This document shows positions 18,001 to 23,874 of a stretch of DNA of 23,874 bases, piece after piece. The translations under genes and the position numbers were made by a program. Numbering within the stretch: position 1 is the stretch's first letter; every line of letters begins with the position of its first letter. Below the pieces are notes generated by a model that worked only from the letters and a program-made list of their open reading frames with translations, made no database searches and was not told the origin of the DNA. Origin of the DNA: Rhizaria sp. SCN 62-66. Its lineage: Eukaryota. The DNA is taken from contig MEDY01000083.1 in the NCBI GenBank assembly GCA_001724265.1, positions 62,001 through 85,874 on the forward strand, read 5' to 3'.

Positions 18001-20944
18001 AGCGTGCCTTGGAATAGCGCCCTTCGTCATCATCCTTATTGACAGTCGAGTTATTTGCACTCGTGGTGCTTGTACCCTCAGTCGCCGTCTTAGCATTCAC
18101 GCTGCCGCTGTTTTTCTCAGCAGTAATGCGTGCGCGCAGCAGCGCAAGTGAGCGCGCCAGCTTGTCCTCGATGCGCGCCTGCTGCGCGGCGGTCACTGGC
18201 AGCGCGACGGCGGCTACCGCGGCCACGGCGGCGTCGCTCGTCGTCGCGGTCGCGCTTGCGGCCGCAGAGTGGGGCAGGTCGGTGCTGGAGCAAGCGCTGG
18301 CGGGGCCGCGAGCAGTTGCGGGCGCAGAAGGCTGCTGCTGCTGTTGCTGTGTCTTCTTGTTGTTAGGGTCAGCGCTTGCCTTTGCACTGGTGACAGTGCC
18401 TGCAGGGACACCACCACTAGCACGCTTACTAGCAGTTGCAGCAGCAGCAGAAGTAACGGAAGTGACAGCGGGTGCGGAATCAGACTTCTCGGTGTCGTCA
18501 TTTGCAACGCTATGTTTTTCATCTTTCTCCGGCTGTTGCTGGTCCTGTGCCGCGCCATCAGTGCGCGTGACTTGGTTGATCACGGCGGCCAGATGCTCGC
18601 TCACGCGCGCAGCGTCGGCTTTGACGCTCTCCAGGTACTGCTCGAACGACGACTTCACCGCGGGGGTCGTGACGCGCGCAGAGGCGCTGACGCTGGGGAC
18701 ACTCACGACAATCTTCGACGGCCCACCCGCAGTCGCCGCAGCGGTGGCACCAGTACTGTTGACAGTATTCATGTTGCTTGTGTTGCCGTAGCTGCTGTTA
18801 GTGTTGTTGTTGTTGTTGACGATGTTGGTGTTGAGTTTGAGCATCGGACGCGCGTTGGCAGTCTGCGCAAGCCTCCTCACTGCACTGGCCGACAGCGCAC
18901 CCACCGCTGAAGCGCCAGAGCTAGAGTCAGCGCCGGAACTTGAGCTAGAGCTTGAGTTAGAGCTTGGGCTAAATGTAGCGGCCGCAGTAGAGCTTGTGAG
19001 AGCCGGTGTCGTTGCTGCGTTTGGTGGCGCAACGTACCGAATGGGTCCATTCCAGCGCCCCGCCGCGCTCGTCGCGGGGACGGTGCTGCCGTGGCTGCCC
19101 GCACCTGCAATGGCGCTGGTGCCGTTCGCGGTGTGATTGGCTTTCGCGGCAGAGTTCGCGCTGACCGGCTGCTGCCGCTGTTGCTGCTGCAAGTTGGGAT
19201 TCGGGGGCCGGACAGAGACGAGCGCAATCGGGCCGTACGGCTTGCTGCTGGAAGCTAGTCCGCCTTGCTGCTTCTCGGAAGTCAGGCCGTCGTCTTCAGT
19301 ACTCGTGAGGTACGCAGGAATCGCCGGCGACGTTTCGATCGCGGTGTCCAGCGCGTCGTATTTGGACAGCACAACGGCCGACAGGCGAGCAAGCTCGGCC
19401 CGCGTCTCCTCCTCGGTCGCGTTCTCGGCGTCGGCGTCGTCTTTGGCGTTCGAGTCGCTGTGAACGTTGTCGACGCGCTGCTTCAGGACGTTGAGCCGCC
19501 CCATCGCGGCCACGTAGCGGCGCATCGCCGCGTGCGCCGAGGCCGCCACGGCGCCGTGCGGATCCCGCAGCGCCTCGTGGAGCCGGTAGATGTGCGCCTG
19601 GTATTGGCTGCGCTCAGTTTCATCAGCACGTGCACTTGTACTCGCAGTCGCGCTCGCAGTGACAGCGGTGCCTGGCTGCTGCAAGGCGTTGCCGTTCACG
19701 AGTGCCGCAGTTGCGTTGGAGCTTGCTGCAGCAGTGTCCGACGCGGCGGCGGCAGGGGCGAGCAGAGACATGCCTAGCGCCCGGGTCTCGGCGTCAGCCC
19801 CAGACATGAACAGCCGGTTGTCCCCGCCGTTGCCGCTGCTGCTTTGGTTGTAATCACCACAGGGCAAGGCAACGGTGGGGTCGTTGAGCGCGTGCCTGAG
19901 CGCGCGCGAGCAGAGCGTGTTGGCGAGCACGACGCAGCCCAGCGCGCCGCGGTCCGAGGCAAGCAGCGGCAGCAGCAGCGAGACCGAGGCGTCGCTGACG
20001 GGGTTGTCGCTCAGGTCTAGCACGGCCAGTGCGCGCCCCCACCGCGCGCGCCCACCAGTGCCGCTGTCGCGGACGAGCGTGGCGACGGCGGCGGCGGCGG
20101 GCTCGAGCGCGGGCGGCCGCAGACCGGCGGGCAGCAGGGTGGCGACGAGCGGGAACAGCGCGGCGTCGGTCAAGCCCAGCGAGGCCAGCCGCAACAGCTG
20201 CAGCGCGGGTGCGCGGGACAGCAGCGCCGCCAGCACGGGCGTCTGGGCGGCCGGCAACAGCCCGCCGCCGCCATCGCGGCTGCCGCTGATAGAGTCAATG
20301 CTGCTGTTGCTGTTGTTGCTATAAGAGCTCTCGCTGTTGCTGTGACTCCTGCTGCTGGTGGGGATGCTTGTGTCAGTGAATGACCATTGATCGTCGTCAA
20401 AGCTCAGCGGCGCACGCGCAAACGCCGCGCCGCTGTTCCCGGCGCCGGCGCTGCTGCTGGAGTCACCGGCGCTGCCGCTGCCGATGCCGGCGAGAGCGGA
20501 GAGCAGCGGCGGCGCGGGCGAGACAACCGCGGCGGCGGAGCAGAGCGCCAGGAGCACCGAGAGCGGGGCCTGCGCGGCGGCACGCTCGGCGGGGTCCATG
20601 GGGGACTCGAAGGCAGCGCGGCCGGGGGGGCTGCGGGGAGCTGCCGGAGGGCTGGCTGCCGGGCGGGCGAGAGCGCGGGAAGGAGGGAGGGAGGAAAAGA
20701 GGCGGATATGCACTGGGTGGAGGTGTGCTGGGACTCTGCACGGGGGAGAACAAGTAATAAAACAAGAAAATGAAGTCATGTGCAGGTCACAGTTTGGTGA
20801 GGAGAGCGGTATGGAGGACACAGAGAGGCAAAAGCGCGGGGAGGGCACGACTTGCCAGAGTAACTGTTCGTCCACCGAAGCTCGCTGTTCGCTTGAATGG
20901 GGTGCAATAGGACATCCGTCAACAGAGACACGCATTCTTGTCAT
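12065..20944 (-). CDS. Giant low-complexity protein, N-terminal part (2959 aa from ATG 20944, or 2844 aa from ATG 20599, MDPAERAAA), with RI-like LRRs; ends at an in-frame TAG that may not be the true stop
   Basis: 8.9-kb stop-free frame in the ORF track with protein-like Ala/Ser/Asn/Gln composition and an LRR consensus near the N-terminus. The start is uncertain because 20656-20848 looks intron-like (pyrimidine tracts ending in CAG). Confidence 0.85.
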   Translation of the reverse strand: MTRMRVSVDGCPIAPHSSEQRASVDEQLLWQVVPSPRFCLSVSSIPLSSPNCDLHMTSFSCFITCSPPCRVPAHLHPVHIRLFSSLPPSRALARPAASPPAAPRSPPGRAAFESPMDPAERAAAQAPLSVLLALCSAAAVVSPAPPLLSALAGIGSGSAGDSSSSAGAGNSGAAFARAPLSFDDDQWSFTDTSIPTSSRSHSNSESSYSNNSNSSIDSISGSRDGGGGLLPAAQTPVLAALLSRAPALQLLRLASLGLTDAALFPLVATLLPAGLRPPALEPAAAAVATLVRDSGTGGRARWGRALAVLDLSDNPVSDASVSLLLPLLASDRGALGCVVLANTLCSRALRHALNDPTVALPCGDYNQSSSGNGGDNRLFMSGADAETRALGMSLLAPAAAASDTAAASSNATAALVNGNALQQPGTAVTASATASTSARADETERSQYQAHIYRLHEALRDPHGAVAASAHAAMRRYVAAMGRLNVLKQRVDNVHSDSNAKDDADAENATEEETRAELARLSAVVLSKYDALDTAIETSPAIPAYLTSTEDDGLTSEKQQGGLASSSKPYGPIALVSVRPPNPNLQQQQRQQPVSANSAAKANHTANGTSAIAGAGSHGSTVPATSAAGRWNGPIRYVAPPNAATTPALTSSTAAATFSPSSNSSSSSSSGADSSSGASAVGALSASAVRRLAQTANARPMLKLNTNIVNNNNNTNSSYGNTSNMNTVNSTGATAAATAGGPSKIVVSVPSVSASARVTTPAVKSSFEQYLESVKADAARVSEHLAAVINQVTRTDGAAQDQQQPEKDEKHSVANDDTEKSDSAPAVTSVTSAAAATASKRASGGVPAGTVTSAKASADPNNKKTQQQQQQPSAPATARGPASACSSTDLPHSAAASATATTSDAAVAAVAAVALPVTAAQQARIEDKLARSLALLRARITAEKNSGSVNAKTATEGTSTTSANNSTVNKDDDEGRYSKARFGVPESFFPPLPSLLTQQQQHLQSQKAGKSASGGAAVTVNCETAPADVVVAAALHKLRLTLAQLTVQWAEQPSNNSSSASNITGGSSPTETATAAGALSPKTNGAVPQRISVMGNANYNTASATSGSISAPAATSALALAARPTHLQWPALPAAPAPAQRQLRAIESRLARRRAAAAAAALASAARGRRYVAGLYEAFFAAHASALLAAGHVGRVVTAVRAAGAVTVGDMAKAKAKVRAKAKADALEAKAKVKAKVRAAKVHQGRARGGASNSNSNSDDDYYAVSGGHSHSGSATGAATGYVSTPDNAPHVEHISTPHSNSNSDNDVAGDGSGSDDDDDEDDDNDDDAVSIATTPVDTADAGDDAAGLSAAAAVSEPVAALHAALAERAPPAPADLVAAFAASLPRAVAAATAGAALPAALDYAWACALSHLTAAAVTRADAEWRAAVTAANAAVTTAVAAAADAGDADAATAAAAAAVAAATTTYDASAPAPAATAVAGADAVSRAMRGAYTADWQGRMRAQAVGKLPALAAAVESDALLRCAASAEQGLKRRVAARRVELLLASAPGEVLTWAARNHHYQQLQMQQLQQRQSLRSGAVSAGSNPSSSSNAGRSSAGSNASASVSAQANIAVGKAEAALLQSSDPQSAAAVRARRTQLRSVSRALATLEHWGVLYAGPGAVPPPALALYSDVAAEARALVIATAAASVAAAANPTLFGSASSSASSSHCEQKEQKEQSDCSTGKVGIPVGVPPLGPELGRIAFYLANNNINTANVSDVKSVLNNTMKLLASNAANANNNNSTGANANANASVNSKAVARLSYYPDAAAHTLLPSLLALLSPAALATAAATNAAATSSASASASNSASDSAAATNSAASARTEGCALDWVAARALAEVGASAGASLEWAYATNPVCFAEIARALHFTQHAADENAAVQSSVLRTATAIATDGDTVAGATASASARGVSPLDVVTLEANANIIAADLSANMSPLVKYGALPLASNSTSANGSTVNPVMSVNTSDKVIVPSLWPVFFPRGLTASGVTCGFTTAPDGFASAPGGLTSSGYNPRAHSQHLSLMRSAEGCGWLSLFAPGSAHAHAAGAVGAAVAGLGLPAAAVAAVARALALAQLSRRALVLTVLLQQVHALVAREIAYFANQSQAATSGDDVYDETDDLISGCGVVVGNGVWAYRLSSPLNKNSNTSTAGATPFFTDSAASVAAATATNVSVSESVLMIPLAQLWTGVQTTTTALSAITSNLTKNTNNNAVANNTTSTTTTTNLVSATNGLVYSASCGNVKSHSNSATSASPSASLALLQPPSAAALSATSALMAPLLCALGLPPSAVSSSASASTSVAAVTTTAAAAAAAARGAPLCTAAAASADVFCGFGRVQGWETAAEAAADPAAGSEADAEGNWGAAALVLTEGEKREAGAAPVCVAKGFTFGALLTNKSHSNVNSDHAPGTASGSVESNAAALGLLYDESVANSNVFVSGAHAVDRARTSKLRGDGASGSAAMPVAAELAVLRGLPEPELALASELLYSESSEPAFTVTLNNSTDSSASFSTAKTPLNAINSNGRDAVSDISAPPLWLLLRARRMHTALAAVYTAVLTHLRSLPAEAFETTATASTSVPASSISAGAGARGGSAWFAAQRELLSAGLARRVAAAAARKMLRVAVLLRQRAVIRARVRAVLRQYNAVATDVKPFYSSLYEGGNDSSAPNTNTRNSAAHSKAASHAATNVHASRSESRCNSDVNYSAHDMLGYTIATTPNTGVPRLDSLLMPHNRPLTSRAFPQPDPASLPTVAAATPVPAPAWSAAALAAARLNFEVAFDHVAAVPQLAAALPYHAGAVIRTGATAQTSALFAPSVFRYNPRAALYCKQPVVSQARSLLSTSGPTSASGSSGSAPATTSSSVTASASASAAQSLQPPVRRLQSRQNSNTSTTHQVTASPSPPPARILLQQQQQQQQQQIQPHQFHQS
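12096..12125 (-). repeat. Mixed CAG/CAA poly-Gln tract (Q10) just upstream of the in-frame TAG
   Basis: Plus strand ctgttgctgctgttgttgctgttgctgctg; translation RILLQQQQQQQQQQIQPHQFHQS*. Confidence 0.85.
17218..17314 (-). repeat. Basic Ala-Lys dipeptide repeat
   Basis: MAKAKAKVRAKAKADALEAKAKVKAKVRAAKV; cttggc hexamer repeats on the plus strand. Confidence 0.8.
19910..20240 (-). other. RI-like (ribonuclease-inhibitor class) leucine-rich repeats, about 2-3 units
   Basis: LAALLSRAPALQLLRLASLGLTDAALFPLVATL; ALAVLDLSDNPVSDASVSLLLPLL; ALGCVVLANTLCS. These match LxxLxLxxNxL followed by the helical segment typical of RI-like LRRs. Boundaries are approximate. Confidence 0.7.
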
Positions 20945-21239
20945 ATGACAAATTACAGAAATCTACCGGTAGCTTAAATTATAATGCAACAGTGCTCGAA
21001 TAGACATCACTATACATTCGAGACTGCTCCGCCACAGAGGGCGCGACTGCGAGCGGGGGCTTTCGAGAAATTGGGCTGAACGGGTGGGACTCTCGACATA
21101 ATTCACGTTGATACGATACCGTCTGACCGTCATTAGCTTTATCAGGTTGCCAGTTCTAGGTTTTACGTGACGAAAAGTTTATATTATTTAATAATACTCC
21201 ACTGCGCGCGCTCTGTCGTGTCTACTGGTTGCGTTCGAA
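20945..21239. promoter_or_regulatory. Short divergent intergenic region (probable bidirectional promoter) between the giant gene and PPP1R11/Ypi1
   Basis: The two genes are head-to-head. The region is more AT-rich than the flanking CDS, with AT-rich elements at each end (ttaaattataat at about 20974-20985; tttatattatttaataata at about 21178-21196). Promoter function is inferred from position. Confidence 0.5.
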
Positions 21240-21844
21240 ATGTCTACGACGATGACGCGCACGGCCACCGCGGGGACGCCCGTGGCGGGCCAGACGACGC
21301 CTTCCTCGGCCACCACGACCATGACGCTCACCGCCACGACCGCCGCGCCCGCGTCCTCCTCGCTCGCCGGCCCCGCGCCGTCCCAGCAGCAGCCCTGCTG
21401 CGGCAGCGGCGACGGCAGTGCGAGTGACGACGAGGCCAACGCTGCTGCTGGTGCCGAGCCCGAGCGGCTGGTGCTGCGCCTGCACCGCACCGAGGCGCGG
21501 CTGCGGCGCCTGGAGAAGCAGCGCCAGAACGATCTGCGCGTTGAGTGGGACGAAAGCGTCGTCGACAACGAGCACCTCAACCGCAAAAAGTCAAAGAGTA
21601 CGTTCATAACACTTCTTTTTCTGCTGCATCATCTCACCAAACAAGATGTATCTTCATGAAGTCGCAACCTACAACAAACATATTTATTATTCAACAAAAA
21701 ATAGCTAATGTACACGTTTTCAAATGTTTTTGTTTTATCTTGATCTAATTTCAGAGTGCTGTATCTTCCACAAGAAGGTCGAGTTCGGCGAGAGCGAGGA
21801 CGAGAGCGACTGGGAGAGCGTCAACCTCGGCCGTCCGCGCCGCG

Positions 21845-21875
<31 letters not shown>

Positions 21876-22143
21876 TGCTGCCACCGCCGAGGGGGGGCAC
21901 GCGGTCGGGGTGGGAGGAGACGGCTGCTGCCCGCAGCACCCCGCGGCGTCTAAAGTCAAACCTCCGCCCAAGGGGGTGTACCCGCGCGGCGTCACTTTCG
22001 ACGGCGACGGCGACGGCGACGATGATAAGGACGATGATAAGAATGGTGAGGGCGAGGAGGATGGCGCGGGCGCTTACGGGCACGCCCACGGTCACTCTCA
22101 TGGTCACGGTCACGGTCACGGTGAGTGCGGCGGCCATGCTTGA
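21240..22143 (+). CDS. PPP1R11: Protein phosphatase 1 inhibitor-3 (PPP1R11/Ypi1 family); exons 21240-21597 and 21755-22143, 248 aa
   Basis: Spliced product contains [40 protein letters not shown], the family signature (RVxW + VDNE + KKxSKxCCI). Removing intron 21598-21754 restores the frame (A+AG = Lys). Stop is TGA. Confidence 0.93.
21598..21754 (+). other. Spliceosomal intron of PPP1R11/Ypi1 (157 nt, phase 1)
   Basis: GTACGT donor, AT-rich body, CTAAT branch-like motif at 21745-21749 and TTTCAG acceptor. It splits the conserved KSK|KCC motif. Confidence 0.9.
21850..21882 (+). repeat. (GCC)8 microsatellite within an 11-Ala tract in PPP1R11/Ypi1 exon 2
   Basis: GCC x8 (21850-21873) followed by GCT GCT GCC. 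Confidence 0.9.
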
Positions 22144-22859
22144 AGCAGTGAAGTGAAAATCAAGTGAAAACGACACATTCAAGAGATTCATTGAGCCTGT
22201 AACAGATCATATGCTCTTATTCGATGTCATTATTGATGCATCGTTTAAATTGGGGTGTCGTGATAATCAATTTGTGCTGCCTTGCAAAGATGCAAAAAGT
22301 TCATTGTTTATGTGACATGTTGTAGCTTCTTAAAGGAAGGCCACCTTATCTACCTACTACTATCGAAACCAACTTGCGCTGACATTGTTGGCATGTTTAT
22401 CTTTAAGGTCGTATCCATTTGACTCCAACGACAACAATAAGCTTGTCTTACTTAAAGTTCAAGCGCATAATATCGACAATGTTACGTCTGCGGACTTGGG
22501 GAGAACTCTCGTGTCCAAAGATCACATAAGAAAACACAGTGCACACGCATTGCTTTCACAATAGAAAAGGCTTGGATGACATACGTTTTGTTTGTATTAC
22601 TTGGCACGAGTCAAAGAGCGCACACAATGAGTGCGTTAATATGAGGGAGAAGCTATGTAAGCAGAACACACGTGGACCTCTTGCAACACATGTGCTTAGA
22701 AAAGCGAGAATTGACGCATTGAGATCCGTCACAGTCCATATCCAAGCGCTCTGCCTCCTGATTAGTCTCAATCCTTGACAGACACTGATAGTGAGGTGGC
22801 AACACAATAAGCACTCCTAATCAATACTGTTGTGCTCGGGTTGCGTTGCTCAGCGGCGA

Positions 22860-23574
22860 TCAGCCGTAGAGGTTCTTGAACTGCTTCTCGAGCTCGACAG
22901 TGTACTCGTCAAGGCTCTGCATCACCTCCGTGAGGTTCAGCACCGTGTCGTGCAGCGCGTCGACCTTTGCGGCAGCAAGTGAAGCAAACAAAAGACAAAA
23001 CAGGAGCGTTCAGGGTGTTAGTGCTCACATGTAAACATACAACTATGATACATAGATATACAGATAAATAAACAGTGTTATACCATGAAATTGGTTTAAT
23101 TGGCAAATATATATGTCTGTTTTAACCGTGTTAAATAAAACTCGTACCTGCGCGAGGTAGGGCGCCATCTGCGCGCGGCGCGCGTGGACCGAGGCCGTGA
23201 GCTCGGCCAGCACAACCGTCTTCTTTGACATCTCCTCGTAGCGCGCCGCGGCGGCAACGTTGAGCTTCTCCAGGAGGACGTAGTCCTCGGCAGTGGCTGC
23301 GGGGGCGAGTTGCAGAGAGAACAAGTGAAGTCACAGTGAGCTTGAGGTCAGGAGGTGCAAGTCAAAAGCGGGAGTGCATAGAGGAGCAGAAGTGTTATGG
23401 CGTACCTTGGATCTCGCCGCTGACGTATTTGGTGATGCGGTCAATCATGTCGTAGGTCATCAGCTTCATCGGGTCCTGGATGAAGGCCGCAGTGGGCGCG
23501 GGGACCTTGCTTGCGACCTCGCCGGTCTTGAGGGGCAGCGACGCCGCTTCGGCGGGCGGGACAGGCGCGGACAT
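22860..23574 (-). CDS. BLOC1S2: Biogenesis of lysosome-related organelles complex 1 subunit 2; exons 23574-23406, 23296-23148 and 22964-22860, 140 aa
   Basis: Spliced product MSAPVPP...MTYDMIDRITKYVSGEIQATAEDYVLLEKLNVAAAARYEEM...MAPYLAQVDALHDTVLNLTEVMQSLDEYTVELEKQFKNLYG* matches the BLOC1S2 pattern (YxxGExxATxEDYxLLExxN...PYLxQ...LDxYxxxLExxxK). Exon lengths 169+149+105 = 423 nt are in frame. Stop is TGA. Confidence 0.92.
22965..23147 (-). other. BLOC1S2 intron 2 (183 nt, phase 0)
   Basis: GTACGA donor, AT-rich body and GCAAAG acceptor; joins PYLAQ to VDALHD. Confidence 0.85.
23297..23405 (-). other. BLOC1S2 intron 1 (109 nt, phase 1)
   Basis: GTACGC donor, pyrimidine-rich body and CCCGCAG acceptor; G+CC = Ala restores GEIQATAEDY. 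Confidence 0.88.
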
Positions 23575-23874
23575 TCCGTTCTTTGCAAATTAAGACCCGG
23601 AACAAGTTAAACAAGAGCAACGGCAGTATTCGTCTTTGATTAAAAGACGCCTGGTTTATGTAAAGTGCTTCATATCCCACTTCCCAGTGTTCGTCAGGTC
23701 AGGCTTGGTTCTTCGTGGAAGGCGTCGACGATTCTGTGTTCCGAAAAAATCTGGCATCTCTGCGATTGCTCGAGATGACACGGGGGTCGCGAATTGGGCC
23801 GTTTGCTGTTATTGACGAAATCTTGATGGATATGTCGTAAAACTGGGTTTTAGTTCGTGCACAACATTTCAATT

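Noticed and set aside
16253-18151. 632-aa plus-strand ORF antisense to the giant gene
   Set aside because: It is exactly codon-aligned antisense to a very GC-rich coding region that rarely uses TTA/CTA/TCA. The Arg/Gly-rich translation has no recognisable domain, so it is a shadow ORF.
21724-21754. ORF-track N-terminus MFLFYLDLIS, and likewise the tail TFITLLFLLHHLTKQDVSS of ORF 21240..21659
   Set aside because: This is intronic sequence read through by the ORF finder. Splicing gives the conserved inhibitor-3 motif.
22539-22807. Short overlapping ORFs (79 and 83 aa) between the convergent genes
   Set aside because: They are AT-rich, lack the GC3 bias of real exons here and show no recognisable homology. 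The region is probably 3' UTR or intergenic.
1-23874. CRISPR arrays, tRNA/rRNA genes, transposons or a viral polyprotein interpretation of the giant ORF
   Set aside because: I saw no spaced direct repeats, terminal repeats, cloverleaf or RT/integrase/transposase/protease motifs in what I read. All repeats are coding microsatellites, and the flanking genes are ordinary eukaryotic housekeeping genes.

Overview
GC-rich eukaryotic (protist-like) genomic DNA with spliceosomal GT-AG introns. I found no prokaryotic features, RNA genes, mobile elements or CRISPR arrays. About 20.6 kb of the window is one minus-strand reading frame, from about 20599/20944 to the window edge at base 2 (at least 6866 codons from the ATG at 20599). 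It is interrupted by a single in-frame TAG at 12065-12067. The ORF track reports only the upstream 2959-aa half; the downstream 4021-codon half is missing because it has no stop inside the window. The product is a giant, mostly low-complexity Ala/Ser/Asn/Gln-rich protein with RI-like leucine-rich repeats near the N-terminus and TPR-like helices near the window edge. The right-hand end holds two small intron-containing housekeeping genes: a PP1 inhibitor-3 gene (PPP1R11/Ypi1, + strand, 2 exons) and BLOC1S2 (- strand, 3 exons). The lone TAG is the most interesting signal. It could reflect readthrough, UAG reassignment, editing, reinitiation, a nonsense allele or a sequencing error, and the sequence alone cannot decide between these.
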